Below are positions 26,901 through 44,345 of a stretch of DNA of 64,000 nucleotides, piece by piece; position 1 is the first letter of the stretch, and every line of letters starts with the position of its first letter. The position numbers and the translations under genes were made by a program. The stretch is from Raillietiella orientalis (Eukaryota): positions 310,001 through 374,000 of the forward strand of contig JAYWIR010000038.1 of NCBI GenBank assembly GCA_036172245.1, read 5' to 3'. Under the pieces are notes generated by a model, which saw nothing but the letters and a program-made list of their open reading frames with translations, had not been told where the DNA came from and searched no databases.

Positions 26901-29900
26901 TTATATTTCATGTTTGCTTCACATTTAGTGTTTGGTTTGACACATTTTGTCACGCTGTGTTTTGCCAAGTTACGCTCACGCTTGTCTTCCATTTTCGCTC
27001 ATAATCGGTGAATCGTGATGAAAAAAATCAGAATGTAGATAAAAACATCTGAAAAGATTTGTACTTCCATAAAATGGGAATGAATTGACAGTAGGTGTTT
27101 TGTTCAGCGAAGCCACTCGAAAAGTCTTCTACTTGCATTTTGTGTGTGTGCGCGCGCGTGTGTCTTTGTATTCCTCTTTTTGTGGTGAGTTTTCCATGTA
27201 TTTGTTTTTCCCTTGAATGTGTGATTTTTGTCCCCAGATTCAATCGTGGAACTCAATGATATCCACTCACAATGGAAATTCTGTTTACAACGAGTAGGAA
27301 TAATCTTAGAATGAAAAATAGATGATCTCCCTAAAAATGTTTCAGCACCACTGTCGGGTTTTTGGACATCAGTCAACTTATGAAGTCTTCTGAGACTTCC
27401 GCGTTAACTGAGGTGGGTGATAATTCACCGTGGAACATTTAAGGTTCTGGAAACGCTTAAAGAAGATGTTGGTGGTTCTGCTTCGAACACAGGTGGAGGA
27501 GAAGAAAATACGTCGGATAGCGCAAGACAGACCTCCATATAAATCGAAAAAACACGTTTCTCATCCCCGTTTGTCATCGAGTAATCCACATTAAAAAGTG
27601 ATGCGTTTAACTCACCTGTGGGGGACCAATCGGTGGCCAAATTTTGATGAAGAATTGGTATTCTATTCGCTTCTCTTGCAACTCCTTTTGCCTCTGTTCC
27701 GCATGGGGATCGTATTGTGGCAAAGATACATCGTACAAATAAAAAAAATATATCCTGCCGGAACGTATCCAGCGTAAGATGGGGAATATGTATTCATCAT
27801 TCTGGCTTCCTCCCCTTGTATGATGTTCTGTTATGACAATCTTGTCTACGAACCAGCGTTGCTCTAAGCCGAATCCTTCTTTCCAAATTATGATTTTCTT
27901 CAGCTTTCCAAAACCCTACACACACATACAGAGAGAGAGAGAGAGAGAATGAGATCAAACCAACACCAAAGATAAATAGACAACTATTTGGTTACAGCGA
28001 AACCGAACTTTCGTGACTGCCTTACAGTCTTAACCTTCCATTCTGAATGAATTCATGGAAGGTTGACAGGTGTTTCTTCCAATGGCATTCTGTGGTGTTT
28101 GTGTCTTCTGAAACCGCGCTTCACAAGCGATCAGCAAACGCGGACATGAAAAGAAACACAAACACAGGGTCGAAAAACTCCGTATTTTGTTTTTGTCAGT
28201 CATTCCCATGGATCACAAAATGAACACGGTTTTAAGCGCTGCATCCAGCACGCAACACGTTCAGCACGCACGGTAGTTGAAACACTGCCGTGGAGTGAAA
28301 CACTGGTTTGAGGAAGACCGAAGAGCAAGTTGGAAATCGAACGATTTTTTAATTGTGCACGTAGGCGTGCAAATTATTCGAATCATACGAAAGCAGGCAT
28401 TCAAGGTGACCAGTTTTTGACATGGGACGTAGCGACCACGAAACGCAACCACGGAGAAGAAAGTGGAAAAGAGATAAAGATACTAAGACCACGGGGCAGG
28501 CAGCTTTACGGGGAATAGAGTTTTGAAGGATGCTTCTTCCAGCGAATCCTTCTTCCAGTTATTTTATTATACTTTATTTTTTGTTCACGACGAGCGCATC
28601 GACAAGGACGGATGAATGTTATCGCCAAGCATCTTCAAGATCCGAATTCTCCTAAACTCCGAAAGGGATCTTTCAAACACATCTTCTGAGCTTTTTTTTT
28701 TCCTACACCCAAACACTTGAATCTGAGCGTGGAGATAATTTAATTCATTATCGCTGGTGGTTTCGGGCAAATGAATCCGTTCCCCCTCCCCCCCCCCTCC
28801 CTCGTCCCGGGAAAACTGATCAAGTGCGAGCTGCAATCGTCCTAAGAATGGGAGCAACAGATTTGGGAAAAGAAAAAAAAAGCAATCGCAAAGAGTTGAC
28901 AGCGCATTTTTTTTTGAATGAGGAATTTCCAAGCGCGTGAGAAAACGTACAAGGTGGAAGGGAGACACTTTATACACTGCTCTTAAAATGCTGGACGATC
29001 GGGAAGGAAACTGAACCAGTTTTCCCTCGCAGTGTTTGGCCACACTTCCATGGGAAACCAATTTTTCAGTTTACGGGGCGGCTGGATCGAGAAGTGGCCC
29101 ATCGGACCCACGTAAGGAAGTGGTCCTTTGGGACTTTGAGATGGTTGACTTATTCCTAAAGGGCGGTAGTCGAGTGACAAACATCTTTCGGAGACATTGG
29201 CTGAGAACACGGCTAGTTTCCATCGGAAGCCTCTGCTGGTTTTGAATGCTTTCTGAATAAGATTTGGAATCGGCAACCAGACATATCCGCGATGAGGAAG
29301 AAGCTGCGTGCGCAGTTTTTTTGAGGCAACTCAAGTGGCTCCAATAACACAACAGCCAGAGGTTCTTCTTTCAATGCATTCCCATTCCTATTCACGAGCA
29401 GACACATGTAAGACATGTGGAATGGACTCGCGGACAACTTCGCAGGCAATCGTACACACGATTGCCTGCGTAGTTGTCCGCGAGTGTTTATGTTGACGAT
29501 TGTATTTAACCGAGAAAAGACAAACACTCTATTTACCTTAATCTAAAACGAGCTCGAATCTAAAGTGGTCTCCGGGGTACGTAACATGAAACGGAAACTT
29601 CCAGCGATCTTGTTTTGATTCCAAATTGGCCTCAATTTAGAGAACGTGGAACCATTATGGACAAGAACTTGCAGACACAACTTTTGATAGACGGTGACAA
29701 GATTAACAAGATTTTTTTTTTTTTCCAGTTTAACACGTCAAAAAACAAAAAAAAGACTCCTACGTTCCGTCGTTCGTAATAAGAGGATCTCTTAGACCCA
29801 GGTACTGAAGATCGTACTTGGGTTCACTAAAATGCGGACAGGCATTGCGTAACCTCCATGCCTTGCAGGTTGCGTATCTAATCTCTGAGATAAAATAATG

Positions 29901-31343
29901 TCTGCTTGGAATAGATTTGCTGAAGTGCTTATTATCTAATGCTCATTGTCCACAATATTTAAACTCTATACTGAAAAATTCAATGATGGAAATAGTCTGA
30001 TGCTTTCGGAAAAGATGCCTTTTTTGTTGTTGTTGTTTTTTGGTTTCGTTTCCTTCCTTCCTTTTTTTTTTTTCCTTTTTAGTGCGGAGGAAATAGTTGG
30101 TGATTCGAATGTTACTGTGCACTTCGTTGCTGCTTCACCGAATCAGCTGGCAATGGTCGAGAACAGAAGGTAAGAACGCCACAGTGTTATACAGGTGCAG
30201 CGAGATCATGGCGACGAAACACGTCGGCCCAGTCTCCCGTTGCCAAAGAGCTCCTCCACGGACCTCCGTGGACGTGAACCTACGGGCGCGCGTAAAGACG
30301 TGTTCGGCTCCACGTCGCGAACGCGGGGGAAGGGTTTCCTGGCGACGCCCGCTTCGTCTTCGTCCCCATCCTCCTTCGGGTTTCGAACCTGCACGCAGCG
30401 GCTCCCGCACCGAGGCAGGTCCGGGGGTGTATTTTCGTGTAAGCAAATTCTGATGCAGGAGGAGGAGGGTTGAGTCCGAACAGTTGTTGTTGTTGTTGTT
30501 TTTTTCATTATTATTATTATTGACAGCTTGGTGTACTCTCTAATAATGTGGATGGAAACACGGCAGTGTTGACAGTCGGCTCGTTTTCGTTTAAGGTCGG
30601 CAAGCGCAAAACAAAGACAGGTCGCCGCCTTCTTGGGAAAGACGCACACCCAAACCACAAGCAGATGAAACCTCGGAACCTTTCCGATGATGGCCGTTTC
30701 GAATCAGGGAGCTTCGCTGTCTTTGCGCCCCCTCTGTGTTTGCTCCAAAAGATCACTTAAAAGTTTCATTCCTGGCCTTGAGACTTGCGGGACGTGTCGC
30801 GATCGTACGGTTTCGCGGAAGCCATGCGGTGTAGTGGCTTTGTACGCAGATGCCGTACCGCAGCCTCCGGGTGCAGAACGCCATCTTAACCGCCAAGCGG
30901 ACGAGCCGGACGACGCCACGACCACTTGCGGCGGCCGAGCACGCAGGGATGTGCCAATGGCACCGTGCCTGGGATCCTGTTCGAGGACCTTGGACGGGCA
31001 AGTCTTGCACGCGAAGCAAAAGCCGTCCTCTAGCTGCTGGAGCTGCGCGCGACCAACAGCGCTGGGGAACTGCTGGTTCTGCCTTCGGCAAGCGTGCGGC
31101 AAAGTCGAAGGAGGTTACTACCTCTGGTTTGGGAATTTGGAAAGTACTTGTCATGCCTTGCTCGTGGTCGACGGAAAGAAGGTGGTTCAGCTGGTGCTGG
31201 GGACTTCGCTTGCCGGATTCGTCAATCAGGACAATCCACACATTTTGGTCCGTGCTCGCGCCCTTCCTGTTGCCCGTTCGAACATGCACCAAATAGTGAA
31301 ACTTGTCTGCGGCCCCACGGGCCGTGCTCACGAAGGAGCCCAT
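14974..31343 (-). CDS. Lipoxygenase (PLAT/LH2 plus catalytic domain), ~689 aa, 11 coding exons
   Basis: Exons (minus strand) 31122-31343, 27616-27915, 18940-18984, 18757-18882, 18602-18699, 16916-17069, 16218-16313, 16070-16166, 15636-16016, 15312-15583 and 14974-15252. All introns are GT..AG, phases are consistent, total 2070 nt. PLAT start [19 protein letters not shown] and [39 protein letters not shown]; iron ligands [16 protein letters not shown] and C-terminal PNAISI. Confidence 0.95.
21240..22120 (-). pseudogene. Decayed ubiquitin-specific protease (peptidase C19)-like sequence inside lipoxygenase intron 2
   Basis: Ordered motif remnants across frames: Cys-box-like [13 protein letters not shown] (~22060-22095), [17 protein letters not shown] (~21610-21660, cf. 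KxxxIxKLPxVLxIQLKRF), His-box-like [10 protein letters not shown] (~21375-21405) and CDEHTV (~21240-21260). Multiple stops and frameshifts. Confidence 0.4.
23400..24800 (-). mobile_element. Decayed hAT-like DNA transposase remnant inside lipoxygenase intron 2
   Basis: Ordered weak motifs: [11 protein letters not shown] (cf. VTDNAxNM), MRCHFENYL (cf. RCxAHxLNL), [14 protein letters not shown] (cf. DVxTRWNSTYxM) and SLERRLYWF (cf. SxERxFS dimerisation domain). Many disruptions. Confidence 0.3.
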
Positions 31344-32633
31344 GCTCTTCAGGGTCGCTCCCGACGTTCAAGAAGAACTCGAGCTGCCACTTGCCTTGGC
31401 AGAGGACCACAGCAAGGCTATTGTTGCGTCACAATCGCCGCCCTGTTTGCGCTGCTAGGCAGCGCGGGCAGGGGAAGCCGCCCGGCTGGCGTTCCTCCTG
31501 AGGTCTCCCCCCCCCCCCCGCGGAAGAGGGACTTCCAGAGAGGGGGAAGAGGAGAACGCACCACCGATCTTCTGGAGATCTTCTCCGAGTGGCAATTTGA
31601 GGTGCACTGCCGCTGCTGATGGCTCGGCTACGGTTCGACTCTTACACGCGGCAAATGTGTACATTCTCGACCCTGTCAGAAAAAAAAAAAAAAAAATGGC
31701 ATAAACACTTTGCATTCCCGTCGATGAATTTGATGCCTCACTGCTCCCTCAGCACTCTTTGCACCGGCACTCGGAAGATTCATGGCACACAGAGACGTCG
31801 ATTACGTGGAATTATGACTTCCATGATGCTCAAGCGATCACTGTCGATCGAACTGGAGTTTTTATCTTGTTTTTTTTTTTTTTTCCCCTGTAAAAAGAGC
31901 CTTTGTGTCACATCAAATCACGTCAAATCACATCAGAGGAACATTCCGTATACGCACGAAAGCAGCATAGAGAATTGGCAACAGGGCTTCTTCCGATTTG
32001 ATAAAGTACGGTGCAAATACGCCTGGAAGTTTCCCCAAGTAAATTTACACGTTGCCAGGTGACAAATGTGCACACAGTGGGCACGTCGCAGCTGTTGCGT
32101 CAACAAAAATGTTCGGGAAGAGCAGGGATCTGATGCCTCCCCCCCCCCCGTTCCTCATCATCTTTGGACAAAGTGACTCCAAAGCTTCCGGCACGGTGAG
32201 CAAAACAATCAGTCCGTGTTGCATTATTTACCATTTCCATCACTTGGTGAACACCACCTACTTGTATTTCAAAAGTTAGGAAAATTTTCTCTATGGAAAA
32301 TCTGTACTGTGGTTTTTGGTATTTGTGACTGCACAAGTTCTGTTCAATCCGGCTGGAGCGAAAACGTACTCCAAGCACTGGAATCTTAGCATGCAATGAT
32401 GTAAGTGTTGTGCCGGGATTGCACTCGAAAGAACTTCGAATCTACGTCTCAAAAACAAATGAGCATATTCTAATTATTTTGTCTGAATGCTCACAAGTTC
32501 ACAGCATAGCTAAAGCTTCGTTTCAAATATATTTACCATTTCTGAAGTGTAGCAATGAGTGTTTTAATTAATGTTTGCAGAGACAGTAAGTACACTGGAG
32601 TCTTGGTAATGGTAACAACTTACACTGACAAAC

Positions 32634-38616
<5,983 letters not shown>

Positions 38617-38747
38617 TTCGTGGTCAGCACGCCCTCGGCCTGCACATTTCCAGAACCGTGCCCCCGGCTTCACCAACCCTGACACACTGATTCGGGGAGC
38701 TGCAAAGCGCCAATGCTGGCAGCGCCGCGAGGCCGTCCGTACGGAGT

Positions 38748-38777
<30 letters not shown>
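38748..38777 (-). repeat. (GGC)10 trinucleotide repeat in the probable 5' UTR of the ABCC gene
   Basis: GCC x10 on the + strand, ~130 bp upstream of ATG 38616 and just downstream of a candidate 42-nt UTR intron (38783-38824, GTATCA..TTTCCGTAG). Confidence 0.8.
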
Positions 38778-38778
<1 letters not shown>

Positions 38779-39329
38779 GGACCTACGGAAAGGGACGTCC
38801 CCCTCCCCCATGTGAAACTGATACCTACGGCCCCCGAACTTTCCGTTTCGTCCGTCCAGGCGGAATCCTCCTAGATAACACGTGCTTCCCTGAGGAGGCC
38901 CGCTGGAGTGTGCGTGTGCCGGAGGAGGATGCGGGGCTCCCGGTGGCCTCGTATCAGGAAAGCAGGAGTCGAGTGCCGTCTTGATGGAAGCCGGCCGGTG
39001 GGGAAGCTTCGGTTCGAGCGGAGCAAAGGGGTCCGACTTCCTTCCTCCCCCCCCCCTCCCCTTTTTTTTTTTCTTTACCCCTTCTTCTTCCGTTTATCTT
39101 GGCAACCGCCTCCAAAGGGAAAGTTGAAAGAGATGAAGGGTGACGGGTATAGGAGGATTGCAAGGAAACAAAGTTTTTTTTTTTTTTTGTCTCAAGAGTC
39201 GGCAGTAACCGCCGGAAGCTACTGAAAATTCGAACAGGCAGTTGAAAGAATCTTTCCGTTGTCCATTTTGAAGGTAGAAGAAATTAAGTTGGAGCGGATC
39301 TCGATCTCGAGTCCATACGGGTGAAATTA

Positions 39330-40940
39330 CCATTGTCTTTTTGGTTCTTCATCCTTTCTGTAGCTACTGAAATATGTATCTTCCCCCTCCCCCCCCCCCC
39401 AGCCCGTCGCCTTCCCTTGACATACGAAGAGTAACAGATGGATACATAAATTTTTCAAGACCTGGGGGCGCTTTCCATTACCTGGATGCTTTCCACTTTC
39501 CTCGAGGAATATCTTCCTATTCATTTCCGTTCTGGATGCAGTCGTGTGAGAAAATTCGAAGGGCGAGGCGAAAAGTTCGAAAGGACGGGGCAATTTGGCG
39601 TATGCTCTCCGTTTTCAAGACAGAAATCGACGAAATGCTTGCAGATCCAAGTAATTCCCTGATCCGAAGGGTATGGGGGGAGCGGGGAACTTCCTGAATT
39701 TCACTGCTTGGAAGTCATCTTCGTTGCACAGTTGAGTGTTTCCAACGGTGTGGAAGAAGTTCAAGGTGTCATGCAAATGTCGCCTGACGTGAAGGTCACG
39801 TCCGAAGACAAAAAACAAAAAAGATAGCATCTGTTTTTAACAAGTGAAAAGATCGCCGGACATTAGCTCCATCACAATCAGATTCACGCTATCACCTGGA
39901 AACGTAATTTCCTTCCTCAGGCCGTTTTCACTCATGCGGCAGACACGCTGTTTCCGAGTCTTCTGGTCACAGCAGCTTCTTCTTCCTCTTCTTTCCCCCC
40001 CCCCCCTTTCCAAATCGCTTTGAGGAATGTCGCGTTCTCTTCTTTCTTTCCTTTTCTTTTTTTTCTTTTCTTGTTGTTGCTGTCGTCGGCTGCTGCCGCC
40101 TTCTTTGAAATCTCGGTAAGAGTTCATTAGCAAAGTTTTCGCCACAGTCGGTGCTTTCGCGATCTGACGAAGAATTGGCTCCTTGGGTTGTGGGAGTTTT
40201 CCTTTTTTCCCCTCTCCGTGATACGTGACGGATGGCATGGACGAAGTCCACGACCCTGTGCAATGCCTGTGGTGCACAGCACACAAAGCCTGGGTTGGGA
40301 AGAATGCTGCTTCCTCATCTTCCATTTCGATTCGGAGCTTCCTCCGGAGACGAACCCTGTCGTGTTTTCGAACGTCATCATTCATGATGCACAGCTTCCC
40401 CGTAAATAAATGTTCATAAGGAAGCCGAAACAAGTAAGCGAACGAGCATTGCCAAGATCTTTGCGTGTGCTCTCTTTTACAAAGGAGAAGCTCAGAGATG
40501 AATTTTCGCATCTTCGGCGTACTCTTTGGTTGCACTCACTGGACACAGTCCATTCGTGCTGTTGTGATTGTGATGTTTCCTCCACAGAATTTCGGAATTT
40601 TCGTTTTTCGTGAGGCATTTTATCAAAAAAGAGAGAGAGAGAGAGAGAGCGCTGTTAGATGGTTGAGCTCACATCTGAGCAAAAATGCCGCACCCATACA
40701 CAATCATGATTCTGCGCTTCCAGTTGGATTGGCATTTGAGTCCACAAAACAAGCACGAGACGTAAAAGCATCTTCGTAGTGGAAAGATGAGGGCGTTTCC
40801 GTAATTTCTACAGGTCCAGTGGATTCCAAGAATACTTTGGGAATAAGCAGCACCTGTGGGATTCCAGCTAGGAATGCTATCACTGGCTTGGAGTGAGTGC
40901 GGCGGCGGCTCCTTGAGACCTCGGATCCAGTGCCTCATGA
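39330..40940 (-). mobile_element. Decayed Helitron Rep remnant
   Basis: Ordered motif remnants: GLKEPPP...RNYGNALIF (cf. LxEPP...IRxYNNAFxF), DEEAAFFP, TYHGEG (cf. LFPHGExGW), FGRDLHV (cf. GKPDLFITFTC) and RPFELFASPF...IHLLLF (cf. RPDxVARVF...PHAHILL HUH motif). Heavily frameshifted. Confidence 0.45.
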
Positions 40941-41809
40941 ATCCTTAACTAGACGGCATCGAGTCCTGAAGCACCGTCCCGTATACATGTACGAGGAGCA
41001 AATGGAATATCTTTTTCGCCCGATGATAAACTGAGCGCTTGCTTTCGCGTGCATCCCTCGCGGATTCCGAGTGGTCCTGTTGGATTGGAATTGCTCTTTC
41101 GCATTCGAGAAGCAACTCCACGTTATCAAAGTTGCCAGCGTCCTCCAAAGCTGGAGGCCCGAGAGAATACGAGAAACAGGCGGCGAGGTTCGCGACATAT
41201 GATACGCGGATTACGGATGAGTCTTCTTGCGCTGTTTAGGATCACTGGAGTCTCCGTAAGGTTGCTCCGAAGCACCACCCCCTTTGCTGCATGCTGCACC
41301 ATGCAGCGGAGGGAGAAATAAGTTCTCCTCCTCAAAGAGGCCACCATCCTGTGCAGCGCTGAACTGATTCATTCTGAATCTTCAGTGCGGCCTTCACTGA
41401 AGAGGAGAGTGCGCGTGGAGCGCCCGGAAAGCTTTCGTGTAGCGAATGCACGTTTCGGCAACCAGCTGCGTTCGGATCCAACCTGCAGAGGTGTCGGCGG
41501 ATGCGAAGACACCTCCTGGTCGGAAAAAAAAAAAAAAAATACCCAAAACGGGATGGCACCCGCAGTCTGCCCAGTCTTGCCTTTGAGGCTGCGAGTCCAT
41601 GGTGCAGTGGACGACCATATAGGTGGCTCCGACCTCGTAACGCTTCGAGGAATCCTAGTTCAGGGACAAAAGAATCCAATGGAAGAGTCTAAGGCTGTCT
41701 TGGTGAAAGCACCAGGCTGCTGAGCTCTCGAAAGGTCCCATCTCTTCGCAACTTAGGACGATAGAACTCTTTTTGGATTCTTCTCTGTCTTCTCTGCTGT
41801 TTTCCTTTC

Positions 41810-42295
41810 CGTTTTTTCCGAGGGAAGCCTCAAGGGAACCGCTCCCTATTTCCTCTTCCTCTAAAGAGAATCCCTCCGAAGGGACGCTTCCGAGTTTTCT
41901 CAGAAGGGCGCTCCCCTAAGGGAGCGGCCCGCTTCTCTGCACTCTCTGGACTCTCTGGAGAGGCATCGTCATTCCACCGGCTCCATGGTGCGAGACGAAC
42001 GGTCTATCCACGACGGGGGAGGGACGGTTCCTTTGCGCAACCGGAGGAGAATCCCAAAAGGACTCCTTGATTCTGTTTCCTGGAAGGACCCCGGAGGTCG
42101 ACTCCCAATCCTGGCCACCCATCGGGGACATCCAGTTTGAACTGCTACCAGTGCCGCCACACCCGAATAAATGGAGGCCAACCACGTCATCTCGCAGGAG
42201 GACCTCGGACCCACGACGCATCCCTCCATCTCTCGGCGTCGATTCTTGTCGAGTATTCGAAACCCGCGCGGAGATCGTAACCAATTGGCCTCCTA
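41810..42295 (-). mobile_element. tRNA-derived SINE family, copy 1 (head partly deleted)
   Basis: Colinear DNA similarity to 49940-50425, e.g. caagggaaccgctccct, gaagggacgcttcc, ttttctcagaagggc, ccagtgccgcc, cgtcatctcgcaggagga, cgcgcggagatcgtaac. Confidence 0.75.
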
Positions 42296-44099
42296 CATGG
42301 ACCACGTGGTCACGTTTCCTTCAGACGAGCTGTTCATGGGGACAGTGGTCTAACGTGGCGAGTAATGCGAACGACAAAGGAAGGACTAACAAAGGAAGCA
42401 CAGCAAACCTCGGATATTCGTGAACTGGTGGTGGGAAGCAGACTGAGTCATCCCTCCTAGGATGCCTGAAGAAGAACCGGTGGACAGCAGCAAGAACGCT
42501 AACTGACCAAGAAAGGCGCGGGTGTCTGAGGGGAAGATACAGTTTCCCTTCGTGACACGCGCGGCGGTGCTTCTCAGAACCTTCGCCCCGACCCGCCGCA
42601 GGCACGCCGCCACACGTCCTGCCCAAGAGAACCATCTCTCTCGCAGAGGTAGGCTCTTGAGAGGTTCTGGCTTCGCGAGGGTGCACAGTTAGAGGAAGAA
42701 AGTGTCCGAAGGGCATGGTCAAGGGCAGCGCAACGCATCCGGTCCTCGGACGCCGTGAGAGCTTGGACGACTAGCATCGGAACGCCGGAGTCGCCTCGTC
42801 TTCGCTTTCACCTCGCCTTCCAATGGGGTCGCGACCTCCCCTCCCCCCGCACGCGCGTCCACGTTCCGGCGAAGCAGCCAGCGGACACTTCTGGAGCAAC
42901 ACGCGCACGTCCCTCCCATTCGGGAGAAGCTTCCAGGATATCTGGCGTTCCCTTCCCGCATCTGCGAGCAGTCCTGGAGAGCTCTCGTCCCCTGACCCAC
43001 GTCGTCACGGACTGAGACACGTTTCCCGGCTCTCGATCTCGCCCGGCTGCTCCAGGCGCGCGGAACCTCCAGCAGGCGGAGCGGCCGCCACGCCAGAACT
43101 GAGAGGAGACGCTGGAGCAGCAGTGCCCGGCCGACCACGCTCGACCCTCTTCTCCTCGGTGCGGCGGCCGAGTGCCGGGAGAGGGACGCGGGCGAGCTTC
43201 TCGCCTTCTGGACGAACGGCAGGCGCGAAACCGTCAAAGACCGTCAGTCCGCGGTCCCGTCGCTCCCGTCCCGGCCGGTGCTCCCTCCGCCACACCCAGG
43301 ACGGGAGGGCGCTCTCCGGGTCGCCGACCCTTCCCAGCCTCGTCTGGAGCTGGAACCGGCGTTTCCGAACGACGTCGCGACCTCCCCCTTCCTCCTCCTT
43401 ACAGCTCTCGTGAGGTGATCGGAGATCGGCCAGCCATAGGGAGGTAGGGGAAGCGCTTCATCTCGGGGCAACGACGCTCAAAGGCACGTGGAATTTTTTT
43501 CCTCCATTTGCAGATGGCGGAGTGGCCCGGGAGACTCCCCGCTGGTTCTGCCTGCGTGTCCACAGTGGACGACGTTCCGCGCTGCGATTTCCAGTTCCGC
43601 AGTCCGGTGCTCCTGGCGGAGCAGCGAAGTGCCCCTCCTCCCGGATGGGCGTGCCCACTGCTCGCAGGGCACCCTCCGCGGTCGGCAGAGGGCGACCTGC
43701 AAGGTTTCGCCACAGCCGCCGTGCTCGCGCCCTCCCTGCATACCCGAGTGCACCGGTTAGGTCCCACCGGCGACCCGCGCGGAGGAGTCCACTTCCCCGT
43801 CCACGCGGATCCCGGAAGGGGGGGCTTTTTTTTTTCCTCCTGGCAATCGGATCTCCTCCTCCGCCGCGAGGTTCCGGCCGCGTGCACGCCCCCCTCGCCC
43901 CATCCGATGGGGGCTCCTTCGAAAGCGAAGGGAGTGCCAGTCTCCTCTCCCCTTTCGCCGCGGGGTAGAAGCCGCTCTGCCGACTGGGTTCCCTTTTTCC
44001 TGGTCCTCAAGGGGTGCCGAGGAGCCGTCGATCTCCCCCTTAAGGGGGGGGAGGGGCATGAAGCTCTGTAAACGCTGTCCACGCCGCCCGGGGATGCGT

Positions 44100-44345
44100 G
44101 TTAGTGGGTGATCCCGGAGGGACGGCCCTACGAATCCCAGAAGACTCCGGAGGAAGGGGTCCGTCCCTTTCTCTGCCCCGGTCATCTCCCAAGAGAACCC
44201 CAGAGCGAACCTTCCTTTCCTCGTTCTCTCCGGGGAAACCCCCGCGGACAACCCGCTCCTCGCTTGGTCCCTCTGAGGAGAACGTCAGGTCTCCGAGAGG
44301 AACGCCCTGGAGGAAACCTCTTCCCCGATGCCCTCCGAGACTCTT
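44100..44345 (-). mobile_element. tRNA-derived SINE family, partial 3' copy
   Basis: Similar to 49710-49930: gagggacggccctacgaatcc vs gagggaccgccctatgaatcc, and gttctctccggggaaaccccgc vs gttctctccggagggaccctgc. Confidence 0.55.

Noticed and set aside
29795..29830. Hammerhead ribozyme (CTGAAGA core)
   Set aside because: No stem II followed by GAAA and no stem III/cleavage triplet in the right arrangement.
31344..32633. Allene oxide synthase (catalase-like) domain fused upstream of the LOX
   Set aside because: No catalase-like coding sequence is visible, and the space is short and occupied by UTR/promoter-like DNA.
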